Of a stretch of 64,000 nt of DNA, positions 48,023-58,435 are shown piece by piece. Under the pieces are notes generated by a model that saw only the letters and a program-made list of their open reading frames with translations, searched no databases and was not told where the DNA came from. The number at the start of each line of letters is the position of its first letter. Position 1 is the first letter of the stretch. Position numbers and translations under genes: made by a program. Source of the stretch: an uncultured Eggerthella sp. (GTDB lineage Bacteria; Actinomycetota; Coriobacteriia; Coriobacteriales; Eggerthellaceae); the NCBI GenBank assembly GCA_902464295.1, contig CABQIW010000002.1, positions 17,237 to 81,236 of the forward strand, given 5' to 3'.

Positions 48023-49282
48023 CTAATCCGTTTTCGTAGGACAAGCAGGGATCGTGCCGCTCCCAGATTTCCAGCCGCATATGACCAACACGATCGAAAG
48101 CGCAAGCATGACCGCAAGCGGCAAGAACCATGACCCTGATAGATCGACGAGCAGCCCGAGACACGCCGGACCGATGGCTGCCATAAGGTAGCCGAATGTT
48201 TGCGAGATGCTGGAGAGCTTCGAGGAATCTTCGGGGTTCTCGGTGCGCACGCCGAAGTAGTACATGCACAAGCAGAAGGGCGCGCCAAGTGCGAAGCCCA
48301 CGATAACGGTGGCTACGATCGCTGTTGCATCGGCATTCACGAAGAAGAGCGCTACGATGCCCACTACGCAGATCATCCCAATGCTCGCGCCGAACAAACG
48401 CTGTCGCTTGAGACGTTGGGCAATGGGCGGAACGAAGATCGTGCAGGGAATGCCCACAATAGGGAAGAGAGCAACGCAGGTGGTGATCGCCGATGCGCTC
48501 ACTCCGCCTTCAGTAAGGATGGCGGGAAGCCAGGCTACGAGGCTGAAGAAGAGGATCGATTGAACGCCGAAGAGACCCGTTATCCACCAGGTAAGAGGCT
48601 GCTTCAAGAGATATTGGCTGATCAGGTTCGCGGGATGCAGGCGGAGCACCCGACGCTCGGGCGCGCTCTTCGTCGGTCTCATCATGCAACGCGCTGCGAT
48701 CCAGAGTAAGAGTGCGATCGCGGCGAAAGGAACGACCATCGTCAAGACCGTGCGCCAGTCGGAAGAGGCGGCGACGAGCGCGGAGCTGAATCCTGCGATG
48801 CCTCCAGCGAAGACGCTGATAGTGGTGGTGTAGAGGGCGGTCATCACGCCTACATGGGCAGGAAAGTTGTCACGCACGACCGAAGGCAGCAGCACGTTTC
48901 CTGAAGAGATGCCGAACCCGAGAAGGATCGTGCCGAAGAAAAGGCCGAACGGACCCGCGAACGAACGCAGAAGGATCCCGATGATGATCGCCGTGCAACC
49001 AAAAGCAAGCACGCGACTTTTCCCAAAGCGTTCCGATAGTGCGCTCATGAAAAGTGCTGAGGCAGCGAACGCAAGAAGGGGAAGCGTGGTCACCAGGCCC
49101 ATCGCTGCAGATGAAAGGCCAAGATCGTTTTGCACCTCAACGCACAGCGCACCCATCGAAGTAATAGGAGCACGTAGAACTGCAGCAGTGAACACGATTG
49201 CTAAGGCAACAACGATAAGGAAACGCTTATCCGCTTTGAAGCGCGGCCGATTCTTATCCATATTTCTGCGATGGAACATCAT
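48023..49282 (-). CDS. MFS transporter, CynX/NimT family
   Basis: LRAPITS.G, LVTTLPLLAFA, GNVLLPS.V...FP, S.ISQTFGYL.AA.GP; ~12 TM. Confidence 0.88.
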   Translation of the reverse strand: MMFHRRNMDKNRPRFKADKRFLIVVALAIVFTAAVLRAPITSMGALCVEVQNDLGLSSAAMGLVTTLPLLAFAASALFMSALSERFGKSRVLAFGCTAIIIGILLRSFAGPFGLFFGTILLGFGISSGNVLLPSVVRDNFPAHVGVMTALYTTTISVFAGGIAGFSSALVAASSDWRTVLTMVVPFAAIALLLWIAARCMMRPTKSAPERRVLRLHPANLISQYLLKQPLTWWITGLFGVQSILFFSLVAWLPAILTEGGVSASAITTCVALFPIVGIPCTIFVPPIAQRLKRQRLFGASIGMICVVGIVALFFVNADATAIVATVIVGFALGAPFCLCMYYFGVRTENPEDSSKLSSISQTFGYLMAAIGPACLGLLVDLSGSWFLPLAVMLALSIVLVICGWKSGSGTIPACPTKTD

Positions 49283-49390
49283 GGTTATCCATGATACGGC
49301 ATGCGCAACAATTTGGTAGCGCGATCAATGCCAGCCGAAGGTGCATCTGAATGAGCTATACTTTTACGTAGTGGTTTGAGATGCCACGAT

Positions 49391-49480
49391 TACATACGGG
49401 GAGCTTGCGCGTTGCAGGCTGAGAGGGAGCGGTGCTCCGACCCGATGAACCTGTCTGGATAATGCCAACGAAGGGAATGC
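49391..49480 (+). promoter_or_regulatory. TPP riboswitch
   Basis: GGGGAGC...GCTGAGAG...GACCCGATGAACCTG.CTGGATAATGCCAACGAAGG immediately upstream of thiC. Confidence 0.92.
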
Positions 49481-49484
49481 GATC

Positions 49485-50792
49485 ATGACGATCACGCAAA
49501 TCGATGCCGCTCGGCAAGGAATCATCACTGATGCAATGAAGCGCGTTGCAGAGAAGGAGCGCAAGGCTCCTGAAGAGATCCGCGCGGGCGTTGCTGCGGG
49601 AAGCATTGCGATCCCGGCAAATATCAATCATAAGAATCTCGATCCTGAAGGCGTGGGCACGGGCTTGCGCACGAAGGTTAATGTCAACCTAGGAATCTCA
49701 GGCGATCTGATCGACATGGATGTCGAACTTGAGAAGGTTCGCGTTGCGCTTGAGCTGGGCGCGGAAGGCATCATGGACCTATCGAACCATGGCAAGACCC
49801 AGGAGTTTCGCAAGCAGCTGCTCGAGATGGCTCCTGTTATGATCGGCACGGTGCCCATGTACGATGCGATCGGTTATTTGGAGAAAGCGCTCATCTCCAT
49901 CACGCCGCAGGACTTCCTTGATGTGGTGCGCCGTCATGCTGAAGACGGGGTGGATTTCGTGACCATCCATGCGGGCATGAACCGGCGCGTGATCGAATCG
50001 TTCAAGGAGACGGGCCGCTTGATGAACATCGTTTCGCGCGGCGGTTCGCTCATCTTCGCCTGGATGGAAGCAACGGGCAACGAGAATCCGTTCTACGAAT
50101 ACTACGATGACGTGCTCGAGATCCTACATGAATATGATGTGACGATCAGTATTGGTGATGCGATGCGTCCTGGCTGTGGGTATGATGCGACCGATGCTGG
50201 GCAGATCGCTGAGTTGATCGAGATCGGTAAGCTTACTAAGCGCGCGTGGGATGCGGGCGTTCAGGTGATGGTCGAAGGCCCGGGCCATATGGCTATCGAT
50301 GAGATCGCAGCCAATATGAAGCTGCAGAAGCGCTTGTGTCATGATGCGCCGTTCTATGTGCTCGGACCGCTCGTTACTGATATCGCACCAGGGTATGATC
50401 ACATCACGGCTGCTATTGGTGGCGCAGTGGCTGCGAGCAGTGGTGCGGATTTCCTTTGCTATGTTACACCTGCTGAGCACTTGCGCCTTCCCGATGTGAA
50501 CGATGTGCGCGAGGGGCTGGTGGCAACGAAGATCGCAGCACATGCGGCAGATATCGCTAAGGGAATTCCTGGTGCGTGCGACCGGGATAATCGCATGAGT
50601 GATGCCAGACGGCGCTTCGATTGGGAAGAGATGTTCGCTCTGGCGCTTGACCCAGTGAAACCGCGCGAATATTTCGAGAGCGCGCCGCCAACGAACGAGG
50701 AATCGTGCACGATGTGCGGCAAGATGTGTGCGGTTCGCACGGTCAATACCATCATGGATGGTCTCGTCATCGATCTTGGTGATGAATACTAG
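49485..50792 (+). CDS. thiC: Phosphomethylpyrimidine synthase
   Basis: [58 protein letters not shown]. Confidence 0.97.
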   Translation: MTITQIDAARQGIITDAMKRVAEKERKAPEEIRAGVAAGSIAIPANINHKNLDPEGVGTGLRTKVNVNLGISGDLIDMDVELEKVRVALELGAEGIMDLSNHGKTQEFRKQLLEMAPVMIGTVPMYDAIGYLEKALISITPQDFLDVVRRHAEDGVDFVTIHAGMNRRVIESFKETGRLMNIVSRGGSLIFAWMEATGNENPFYEYYDDVLEILHEYDVTISIGDAMRPGCGYDATDAGQIAELIEIGKLTKRAWDAGVQVMVEGPGHMAIDEIAANMKLQKRLCHDAPFYVLGPLVTDIAPGYDHITAAIGGAVAASSGADFLCYVTPAEHLRLPDVNDVREGLVATKIAAHAADIAKGIPGACDRDNRMSDARRRFDWEEMFALALDPVKPREYFESAPPTNEESCTMCGKMCAVRTVNTIMDGLVIDLGDEY

Positions 50793-51447
50793 TTTCATGC
50801 GAACGCGGAGCAAAGAAGAGATTCGCGATGCCTTAAGGCTCTATGCGGTCACGGATCGCTCGTGGCTTCGTGGGCGTCGGTTCGAGAAGGTCTTGCAAGT
50901 GGCTCTTTCCGCAGGTGGGATCACCTGTGTGCAACTTCGCGAAAAGCACGCCGCGCCCGAAGAGAAAGAGGCGCTTGCACGCGAGGCGCAGGAATTGTGC
51001 GCACAAGCTGGTATTCCGCTTTTGATCGATGACGATGTCGAGCTCGCTTTGCGCATTGGCGCTGATGGTGTGCATATCGGCCAAGATGATATCCCCTGTG
51101 CTGAAGCGCGTCGTACGCTTGGCGGCCAAGCGATCATCGGCGTTACGGCAAAAACGCTTGAGCAAGCGCGTAAAGCGGAGGCTGAAGGTGCCGACTATCT
51201 AGGGGTAGGCGCGGTGTTTCCCACCTCGACCAAGCAAGACACGTGGACGATCGATCATGAGGTGTTGCGGCAGATCTGCGCCGCGGTTTCGATCCCTGTG
51301 GTGGCTATTGGAGGGATCACGGCAGACAATGCGCGCGAACTTGCGGGGACGGGCATTGCCGGAATCGCAGTGGTTTCAGCGATCTTCGCGCAGGATGATC
51401 TGGCAGATGCGGTCAAGCATTTGTCGAAGGTGGCCGAAGCGCTTTGA
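50782..51447 (+). CDS. thiE: Thiamine phosphate synthase (start 50782 or 50797)
   Basis: [53 protein letters not shown]. Confidence 0.95.
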   Translation: MNTSFMRTRSKEEIRDALRLYAVTDRSWLRGRRFEKVLQVALSAGGITCVQLREKHAAPEEKEALAREAQELCAQAGIPLLIDDDVELALRIGADGVHIGQDDIPCAEARRTLGGQAIIGVTAKTLEQARKAEAEGADYLGVGAVFPTSTKQDTWTIDHEVLRQICAAVSIPVVAIGGITADNARELAGTGIAGIAVVSAIFAQDDLADAVKHLSKVAEAL

Positions 51448-51508
51448 GGCGCTGCTGTGCGAAAAAGACAGCGCTAGGTAAGTATTCAAGAGTAGGGATG
51501 AGGGCGGT

Positions 51509-52390
51509 ATGAAGAGCGTAGTGACCATAGCGGGTTCGGATTCGAGCGGGGGCGCAGGAATCCAGGCAGACCTGAAGACCATGACGGCGCTGGGGGTGTA
51601 TGGTCAATCGGCCATTACGGCGCTTACTGCGCAGAACACCATGGGCGTGTTGGGAGTGCAGGAAACCACACCCGGATTCCTTGCCGAACAGATCGAGGCG
51701 ATCTTCGCCGATATTCGCCCTGATGCGGTCAAGATCGGCATGGTGGCGAACCCTGCGCTGATCAAGGCCATTGCAGAATCGCTACGTGCTTACCGCGCGG
51801 AGAACATCGTGCTCGATCCTGTGATGATCGCGACGAGCGGGGCATCGCTGGCAACTGACGACGTGGCGCAAAGCTTGGTTCGCGAACTGTTCCCGCTGGC
51901 AAGTGTGGTCACGCCCAACTTGATCGAGGCAGAGGTCTTCAGCGGGATTGCTATCACGCAACCGCAGCAGATGGTTGAGGCAGCGCGCGCTATTCAGGCG
52001 CTTGGTGCACGAGCGGTGCTCGTGAAGGGTGGCCACCTTGAGAGTTTCGGGAGCGTGGAAGAACCGGTGCGCTTATACATTTCAGGATCAGAGGTGGTGT
52101 GCGATCACGTCTTCGAATCAGGACAAGCATATGATCTGCTGCTCGCTGAAGACGGCACGGAGTTCTGGCTTCGCGAGCTGCGCATCGAAACGCAGAACAC
52201 GCACGGTACGGGTTGCACGCTCTCTTCGGCGATCGCATGTTATTTGGCACAAGATTGCGAGCTCGTTGAAGCGGTCAAGCGCGCGAAGTTCTATCTCACC
52301 CAAGCACTTGCACATGATTTGCAGCTCGGCAGCGGTCACGGTCCTGTGAACCATAGTTGGCGCCTCGACGCCTCTATTGACCCTGCATGA
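51509..52390 (+). CDS. thiD: HMP/HMP-P kinase
   Basis: TIAGSDSSGGAGIQADLKT, TAQNT, KIGM, LDPVM, TPN..EA, KGGH, THGTGCTLSSAIA, GPVNH. Confidence 0.96.
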   Translation: MKSVVTIAGSDSSGGAGIQADLKTMTALGVYGQSAITALTAQNTMGVLGVQETTPGFLAEQIEAIFADIRPDAVKIGMVANPALIKAIAESLRAYRAENIVLDPVMIATSGASLATDDVAQSLVRELFPLASVVTPNLIEAEVFSGIAITQPQQMVEAARAIQALGARAVLVKGGHLESFGSVEEPVRLYISGSEVVCDHVFESGQAYDLLLAEDGTEFWLRELRIETQNTHGTGCTLSSAIACYLAQDCELVEAVKRAKFYLTQALAHDLQLGSGHGPVNHSWRLDASIDPA

Positions 52391-52396
52391 TCTTGT

Positions 52397-53851
52397 TTAC
52401 GAAAGATGCCTCCTGTGGCAATCGAGGGCGAAGGTGAGGAGGGCATCGTGATCGAGGGGCAGGCGCTCTTCGATCACCTCTTGGAACGTTGCTCCGAGCG
52501 CTTCGCCGATAGCGGGGCCTTCGGGTATACCTGCTTCGATCAGATCCTTACCTGAGAGAGGCAGGTCGCGCAGCGAGAACACTTCATCTTCAGCGATCAT
52601 CTCGTCGAAGAGCGCTTCGAGCTTGTCGATCTCGTTCACGCGCTCGTGGTATTCGGGAGCTTGTGCGAGTGAATCGGCACGCATCAGATCGCACATGGCG
52701 TGGAAGAGATACTCCTTATTCTCGAGCTTGGCATACAGCCGGCGAATCGACTTCTTCGTAGGCGCTGGACGTGTATCGTGATAGCACACGAGCAGCGCAA
52801 GATCGCTCGTGAATGCGCGCGAAAAGTGCAGCCGTTTCGCGATGCTGTGCAGGTGTTCAACGCTTACCTTTGGATGGCCATACATGTGACCCACGCCTTC
52901 TTCATCGGTGAAGAAGGTATCGGGCTTGCCGATATCATGCAAGAGCGCCGCCCAACGTGCGAGTGGGGTGGCGGGCGAGTAATGCACCACCCAAGCAGTG
53001 TGCTCGTAAACATCGTAGATGTGATACTTCGTCTTCTGGTCGAGACCCTCCATGGCGATGAGCTCGGGAAGCACCACATTCAGGATCTCTGTGTACTCCA
53101 TGAGCACCTGATAGACGTTCTTGCCACACAAGAGCTTGGTCAGCTCGTCCTCGATGCGCTCATCTGCTATGAGAAGCAGGTCTTTGCGCTGATCGAGCGC
53201 AGCATGAGCGGTTTTCGGTTCCAGGGTGAAGTCTAGCTGGGATGCAAAACGCAGCGCACGCAAGATGCGCAGCGCGTCTTCGGAAAAGCGCGCATTCGCA
53301 TCTCCTACGCAGCGGATCATTCCCGCACGCAGATCCGCTTGGCCACCGAAGGGATCGAGGATGCCGCGTGCTGGATGGAACGCCATCGCGTTCACGGTGA
53401 AATCGCGGCGGGCAAGATCCTCTTCGATCGAGTCCGTGAAGATGACCTCCGAAGGGTGACGATGATCGAGATAGGTACCCTCGGTGCGGAAGGTGGTGAT
53501 CTCGAGCACGGTGTCATTCGCAACCACCGTGATGGTCCCATGCTTGGTGCCGGTCTCATGTGCTGCGTAGCCCGCAGCAATGCAGAGTTCTTTCACCTGC
53601 TGCCAAGGAGCTGCAGTGGTAAGGTCGAAATCGTGAAGCTCCCGCTTAAGTAAGAGGTCGCGCACGAAGCCGCCCACCAGCCACGTCTCGTAACCTGCGG
53701 ATTCAAGCAGGTCGATCACTGAGACAACGCATGGTGGTATCAGCTCACATGCGCATGCAAGCGTTGTGTCTTCGAGCAACGAAGACCGATCATGTGACCG
53801 GTCTTCGTTCTCATTCGAATGGGTATGTGACACGCTTTGTTCGTGAGACAT
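52397..53851 (-). CDS. cca: tRNA nucleotidyltransferase (CCA-adding) with HD domain
   Basis: VGGFVRDLL, DFDLTT, EITTFR, EDLARRDFTVNAMA, EDALRILRALRF, ALLHDIGKP. Confidence 0.9.
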   Translation of the reverse strand: MSHEQSVSHTHSNENEDRSHDRSSLLEDTTLACACELIPPCVVSVIDLLESAGYETWLVGGFVRDLLLKRELHDFDLTTAAPWQQVKELCIAAGYAAHETGTKHGTITVVANDTVLEITTFRTEGTYLDHRHPSEVIFTDSIEEDLARRDFTVNAMAFHPARGILDPFGGQADLRAGMIRCVGDANARFSEDALRILRALRFASQLDFTLEPKTAHAALDQRKDLLLIADERIEDELTKLLCGKNVYQVLMEYTEILNVVLPELIAMEGLDQKTKYHIYDVYEHTAWVVHYSPATPLARWAALLHDIGKPDTFFTDEEGVGHMYGHPKVSVEHLHSIAKRLHFSRAFTSDLALLVCYHDTRPAPTKKSIRRLYAKLENKEYLFHAMCDLMRADSLAQAPEYHERVNEIDKLEALFDEMIAEDEVFSLRDLPLSGKDLIEAGIPEGPAIGEALGATFQEVIEERLPLDHDALLTFALDCHRRHLS

Positions 53852-53868
53852 TGGCTGCCATTCGTTCG

Positions 53869-54657
53869 TTAGCGACCTGTCCAGACAGGTTTGCGCTTCT
53901 CGGCGAATGCGACCTCGCCTTCGTGAGCATCGGCACTCGCGCGCGTGATCTTCTCATATTCTTCGAGCACTTCCCAACCAGGAGATGGGTAGATGAAGTT
54001 CGAGCCGAAGGATTCGATGACGGTCTTCTTACTGTACTTGATGGAGAGGGGAGCGCCGAGTGCGATCTTTTCTGCCAGCTCGACCGCCTTATCGACCACC
54101 TGATCATCGGGCACGACATAGTTCACCAGACCCCATTCGTTGGCCTTTTGTGCCGAGATGGGCTCTGCCACCAGCAACAGTTCCATGGCGAACTTCATCG
54201 GGATCTGTTGAGCAAGGCGCAACAGCGTGCCGCCACCAGCAGCGGTAAGGCCGACGCGTGGCTCGGGCAAGCCGAAGATCGATTCATCGGAAGCAACTGC
54301 CAGATCGCATGCAGCAACGATCTCGACGCCGCCACCTAATGCTTTGCCGCGTACAGCTGCGATGAGCGGCTTATCGAAGTAGCGCTTCGTACATGCAGCG
54401 AAGCCCCATTTTTCGCGTCCTTCGGGCATCTCCCAGGCATCTTCTGCCAGCTCCTTCAGGTCAGAACCCGCGCAAAAAACGTGCCCGTTATTGGTGAGCA
54501 CACAGGCACGCAGTTCATCGTTCTTATCCCAATAATCGAGCGCATCAGAGAGCTCTTTGGTCATGAGGTTGTTGATGGCATTGCGCGCTTCCAGGCGGTT
54601 GAACGTGATAATGAACACGCCGTCGCGCTCTTCGGTCAGGATAGTTTCGAATTCCAT
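53869..54657 (-). CDS. Enoyl-CoA hydratase/carnithine racemase (CaiD-like crotonase)
   Basis: RNAIN, FCAGSDLKE, GGGVEI..ACDL, FGLPE..VGL.A..G, EG..AFAEKRKP.W. Confidence 0.9.
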   Translation of the reverse strand: MEFETILTEERDGVFIITFNRLEARNAINNLMTKELSDALDYWDKNDELRACVLTNNGHVFCAGSDLKELAEDAWEMPEGREKWGFAACTKRYFDKPLIAAVRGKALGGGVEIVAACDLAVASDESIFGLPEPRVGLTAAGGGTLLRLAQQIPMKFAMELLLVAEPISAQKANEWGLVNYVVPDDQVVDKAVELAEKIALGAPLSIKYSKKTVIESFGSNFIYPSPGWEVLEEYEKITRASADAHEGEVAFAEKRKPVWTGR

Positions 54658-54908
54658 AGATCCCCCTTAGTCTTTCCCCTTGGTTTAGTTTAGTGCATTT
54701 GCTTCTTTCAAATCTTTTCGATCGTATGTTTTTTGAGCAAGTTCTCACATCTGACAGGATGTTCGATAAAACCACAGCTCGTTTTCAATTCTGGTTTTCT
54801 TGGCGGAAGCTGCTCTCTTTTCGCTACCCTTTTGATGAACAGCGCTGGATGTGGGATACCTGCAAGCTCCTGCATCGAAGCCGATCTTGTGTTCAGGAGG
54901 AACAAGCG

Positions 54909-56561
54909 ATGCCAACATTCAAGCAGTTGATGAAGCTTGCCCAAGTGACCGTCAACGATAAGACCTCTGGCAAGCGTGCGAAAGAGATACTCGAGATCGT
55001 GCACAAGGACCAGGTTATTCATGGCATGGATCCTCAAAAAGCCGTACGCTTCTTGGAGGATCTGGGTCCCACCTATGTGAAGATCGGGCCGCTTGCTTCG
55101 AACCGCGCTGATATCTTGCCCAAGGATTATTGTGAAGCCTTCGCCGAGTTGCGCAGCAATGTCGATCCGCTTGGTTTCGCCACCGTTATCGCGTGCATCG
55201 AGGAAGACTTCGGCCATCCCTGGAATACTGTGTTCGCGTCGATCGAAGAGAAGCCGCTGGGGTCTGCCTCGATCGCGCAGGTGCACAAGGCCACGCTCTT
55301 GGATGGCTCGGTAGTGGCAGTGAAGGTTCGTCGCCCGGGGATCAAGGAGGAGATGGCTGAAGACTTGACCCTGCTGCGGCATCTTCTCACGTTTGCTGAG
55401 GTAGGGACCATCGAACATAAGGAATTGGTAGGAACACTGGAGGGTCTTTTGACCGAGCTCGAGCGCACTACCGCAAACGAACTCGATTTCACGATCGAGC
55501 TCAACAATCTGATGCAGTTTCACCAGGAGCTTGAAGGAAGCGAAGGGGTCACGTGTCCCTGTCCGTATCCCGAGTATTCTTCGGAGTCCATTCTGGTGAT
55601 GGAGTATGTCTCGGGGCCAGAGATAAACGACCATGCTACGCTCATCGCGCAGGGAAACGACCTTGACGAGCTTGCGAACCGGTTGGCGCAGAACTACATC
55701 ATGCAGGTGATCGATGCGGGATTCTTCCACGCCGATCCGCATGAAGGCAACATCATCGTGCGGGACCAGGAGATCGTTTGGATCGATCTGGGCATGACCG
55801 GCTCGCTCAATTCCTCTCAGCGTGCTCTCGTGAATCAAGCGTTCGCGGCTATTGCTGCGAAGGATCCCTACGAGCTCAAGGAGGCGGCGCTCGGTCTTAC
55901 CTCTATCAAGGGACCGGTCGATCAAGGGCGGTTATTGCAACAGATGGCAGAATTGCTGAATTCGTACGCGAACGCCAATCTGGAGGACATCAACATCGGC
56001 GAAGCATTCATGGATGTCATCGAGATCCTGCGCTCTCAAAATTTGGTGATCAATCCATCGTTCACTATGCTTGCGCGTGGATTCATGACCATCGAAGGGG
56101 TGGTCGCTGATCTTTCACCTACCACGAATATCGTCGAGATCGTTTCTGATCACATCCAGAAGAAAACGCTCACGCTCAATGCGATGCTCCAGAAGATGAA
56201 GGAGATGGGCATTCAGAGCGCCCGTTCGCTCGATGCGAGCACGAAGCTGCCGACCCAGCTTTCCCATACGCTCGATATGTTGAACGAGGGAGAGATCAGT
56301 CTTGGCGCCGAGATGAACATGCCGAAGGATCTTAAATCGACCGTCTATTCGCTTACGGGCTATCTTGCCTTCGCCCTCATTTCGGCAGGACTCTTCATCG
56401 GTTCGAGCATCATCTGCACAACGGATATGATGCCACGATTCTTAGGCGTGCCGCTGCTTGGGATAGTTGGCTATTTGAGCGCGTTCGTGTTGGGTGTTTA
56501 TGTAGTTTGGCAGATGATTTACGCGCGGCACAAAACACGCAACGACGAAGACATAAAGTAA
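54909..56561 (+). CDS. ABC1/AarF/UbiB family atypical kinase
   Basis: LGPTYVKIG, PLGSASIAQVHKA, VAVKV.RP, ELDF..E, MEYV.G, FFHADPHEGN, IDLGM; two C-terminal TM; AGGAGG RBS. Confidence 0.92.
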   Translation: MPTFKQLMKLAQVTVNDKTSGKRAKEILEIVHKDQVIHGMDPQKAVRFLEDLGPTYVKIGPLASNRADILPKDYCEAFAELRSNVDPLGFATVIACIEEDFGHPWNTVFASIEEKPLGSASIAQVHKATLLDGSVVAVKVRRPGIKEEMAEDLTLLRHLLTFAEVGTIEHKELVGTLEGLLTELERTTANELDFTIELNNLMQFHQELEGSEGVTCPCPYPEYSSESILVMEYVSGPEINDHATLIAQGNDLDELANRLAQNYIMQVIDAGFFHADPHEGNIIVRDQEIVWIDLGMTGSLNSSQRALVNQAFAAIAAKDPYELKEAALGLTSIKGPVDQGRLLQQMAELLNSYANANLEDINIGEAFMDVIEILRSQNLVINPSFTMLARGFMTIEGVVADLSPTTNIVEIVSDHIQKKTLTLNAMLQKMKEMGIQSARSLDASTKLPTQLSHTLDMLNEGEISLGAEMNMPKDLKSTVYSLTGYLAFALISAGLFIGSSIICTTDMMPRFLGVPLLGIVGYLSAFVLGVYVVWQMIYARHKTRNDEDIK

Positions 56562-56690
56562 GGGCATCGATATAATCGATTCGATCGAAGCATTGGTTCG
56601 AGGGGCGCAACAGCGTCTGTGGGCATCACGAAAGACGCGCTCTTGATCGTGAATCGACCAGCTTATTCGTTGCTGGAGAAAGGCCTACGT

Positions 56691-58418
56691 ATGCTCGATG
56701 AAATGCATATTGCCAATGTGGCACTCATTCGTGATACCCTTTTTCAACCCTCAAGTGGCATGACGGTGATAACGGGCGAAACTGGCTCGGGCAAGACCGC
56801 TTTATTGAATGCGCTCAAGCTTTTGGTGGGCGAACGCGCGAATGCGGGAATGATCCGCGAAGGCGCGGCTGAACTTGCTGTTGAGGGACGCTTCTTCCTT
56901 GAGAGCGCTGAGGGTGATGAGCAAGAAGTGCCCGCTGAACAGAGCGGATCTGCCCAACAGGGGGTATCAACTGAGCACAGCGGATCTGTCGAACAAGAGA
57001 TGCGCGTATCCTCCGAGGATGGCACCGTGGTTTGTCGTCGGGTGGGGCTCAACGGTCGTTCGCGGGTGACCATCGATGGGTCGCTTGCGGGCGTGAAGGA
57101 TCTTGCTTCGGGGGTTGGCGCGAGCATCGATCTGTGCGGCCAACATGAGCATCAGCAATTGCTCAATGCTTCCTATCAGCGAAAGCTGTTCGATAGATGG
57201 GGTGCTTCGAGCATCGGCCCTGCGCTCGAGCGCTATCAAGAAGCGTTCGATGCGTGTGCGGCTGCGCAGGCGGAAGTCGAGCGTTTGCAGAAGCTGCGCG
57301 AAGCGGATTCCGTTGCGCTCGATCGAGCGCGTTTCACGGTCGAACAGATCGCTGCGGTCGATCCGCAGCCTGGCGAATACGAGACCCTGCTCCAAGAGCT
57401 TCCGTTCTATGAGAATGCCGAGATGCTGGCTGGCGAGACACGATCAGCCTATCAGGTGCTCACTGCCGAAGGTGGCGTGCTCGAGAAGTTGCAGGATGCC
57501 CAGGTGTCGATCGATAGGATCGCAGGCGTTGATGGGGCGGTCGAGGCACAGCAGAAAGCCGTGCGCGAAGCGTATTTCTTGCTCGAGGATGTGGGTCATG
57601 AGCTTGCGCGCTATCAGGCGAGCATCGATTTTTCGGAAGATGAGCTCGAGGTGCGGCAAACGCGCCTTTCAGCGCTTCAAGGTATCATGCGCGGATATGG
57701 TCCAACGATGGATGAGGTCTTCGCAACCTTCGCTGAAGCGAACCAGCTCATTGCTTCTTACGATTCGTGCGACGAATTGCTCGCGGAAGCGATGCAGGCG
57801 CGCGAGGAAGCTGAAGATAGGCTTGTTTCGGCGGCTGATGCGCTCGCGGCTGCTCGCGAAGAGGTGGCACCGCGCTTTTCTGCTGCGGTCACCGCTCAGA
57901 TGGCTCGTCTTGAGATGGGGAGTGCTTCTTTGGTGGTGGAGCTTCAGGATCTTGCGCGTGAAGCATGGACGCGGTGGGGAACGCAGGCGCTCGATTACCT
58001 GTTCGTTCCTGGCGCAGGGCTTTCTCCACAAAAACTATCGGCTATCGCTTCAGGTGGCGAGGTCAGTCGTGTGATGCTGGCACTCAAGGTGGTGCTGGGC
58101 AGCTGTGATGATGTCGATACGCTCGTTTTCGATGAGATCGATGCGGGTGTTGGGGGTAAGACCGCGCTCGCATTGGCGGCTGTTTTGAAAGATCTGGCGC
58201 AGACACACCAGCTCATCGTGGTCACGCATTTGCCGCAGGTTGCGGTAGTCGGAGATGCTCATTATCTTGTCGAAAAGCACGAAGTGCCCGAACTTACCAC
58301 AGATATCAGAGCACTGTCCGCTGAAGAGCGGGTTGCGGAAGTTGCCCGCATGCTTTCCGGACGTGTAGATGAAACCTCTCTTGCGCATGCAAAAGAGCTG
58401 CTCGCATCTGCTCATTAA
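56691..58418 (+). CDS. recN: DNA repair protein RecN
   Basis: ITGETGSGKT, GQHEHQQL, coiled coil, IASGGEVSRVMLALK, VFDEIDAGVGG, VTHLPQVA, E.ARMLSG. Confidence 0.95.
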   Translation: MLDEMHIANVALIRDTLFQPSSGMTVITGETGSGKTALLNALKLLVGERANAGMIREGAAELAVEGRFFLESAEGDEQEVPAEQSGSAQQGVSTEHSGSVEQEMRVSSEDGTVVCRRVGLNGRSRVTIDGSLAGVKDLASGVGASIDLCGQHEHQQLLNASYQRKLFDRWGASSIGPALERYQEAFDACAAAQAEVERLQKLREADSVALDRARFTVEQIAAVDPQPGEYETLLQELPFYENAEMLAGETRSAYQVLTAEGGVLEKLQDAQVSIDRIAGVDGAVEAQQKAVREAYFLLEDVGHELARYQASIDFSEDELEVRQTRLSALQGIMRGYGPTMDEVFATFAEANQLIASYDSCDELLAEAMQAREEAEDRLVSAADALAAAREEVAPRFSAAVTAQMARLEMGSASLVVELQDLAREAWTRWGTQALDYLFVPGAGLSPQKLSAIASGGEVSRVMLALKVVLGSCDDVDTLVFDEIDAGVGGKTALALAAVLKDLAQTHQLIVVTHLPQVAVVGDAHYLVEKHEVPELTTDIRALSAEERVAEVARMLSGRVDETSLAHAKELLASAH

Positions 58419-58435
58419 TACGATAGAGGTTTGTT

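Noticed and set aside
49485..50792. ThiC paralog BzaA/B/F (benzimidazole synthesis)
   Set aside because: TPP riboswitch and linkage to thiE and thiD support a true ThiC
54752..54775. Possible LexA (SOS) box upstream of the UbiB and crotonase genes
   Set aside because: Only the GTTCG half matches CGAAC-N4-GTTCG
54708..55925. 405-aa minus-strand ORF
   Set aside because: Antisense shadow of the UbiB kinase
57103..58074. 323-aa alternative-frame ORF inside recN
   Set aside because: Arg/Ser-rich off-frame translation; the recN frame is intact, so no frameshift is needed
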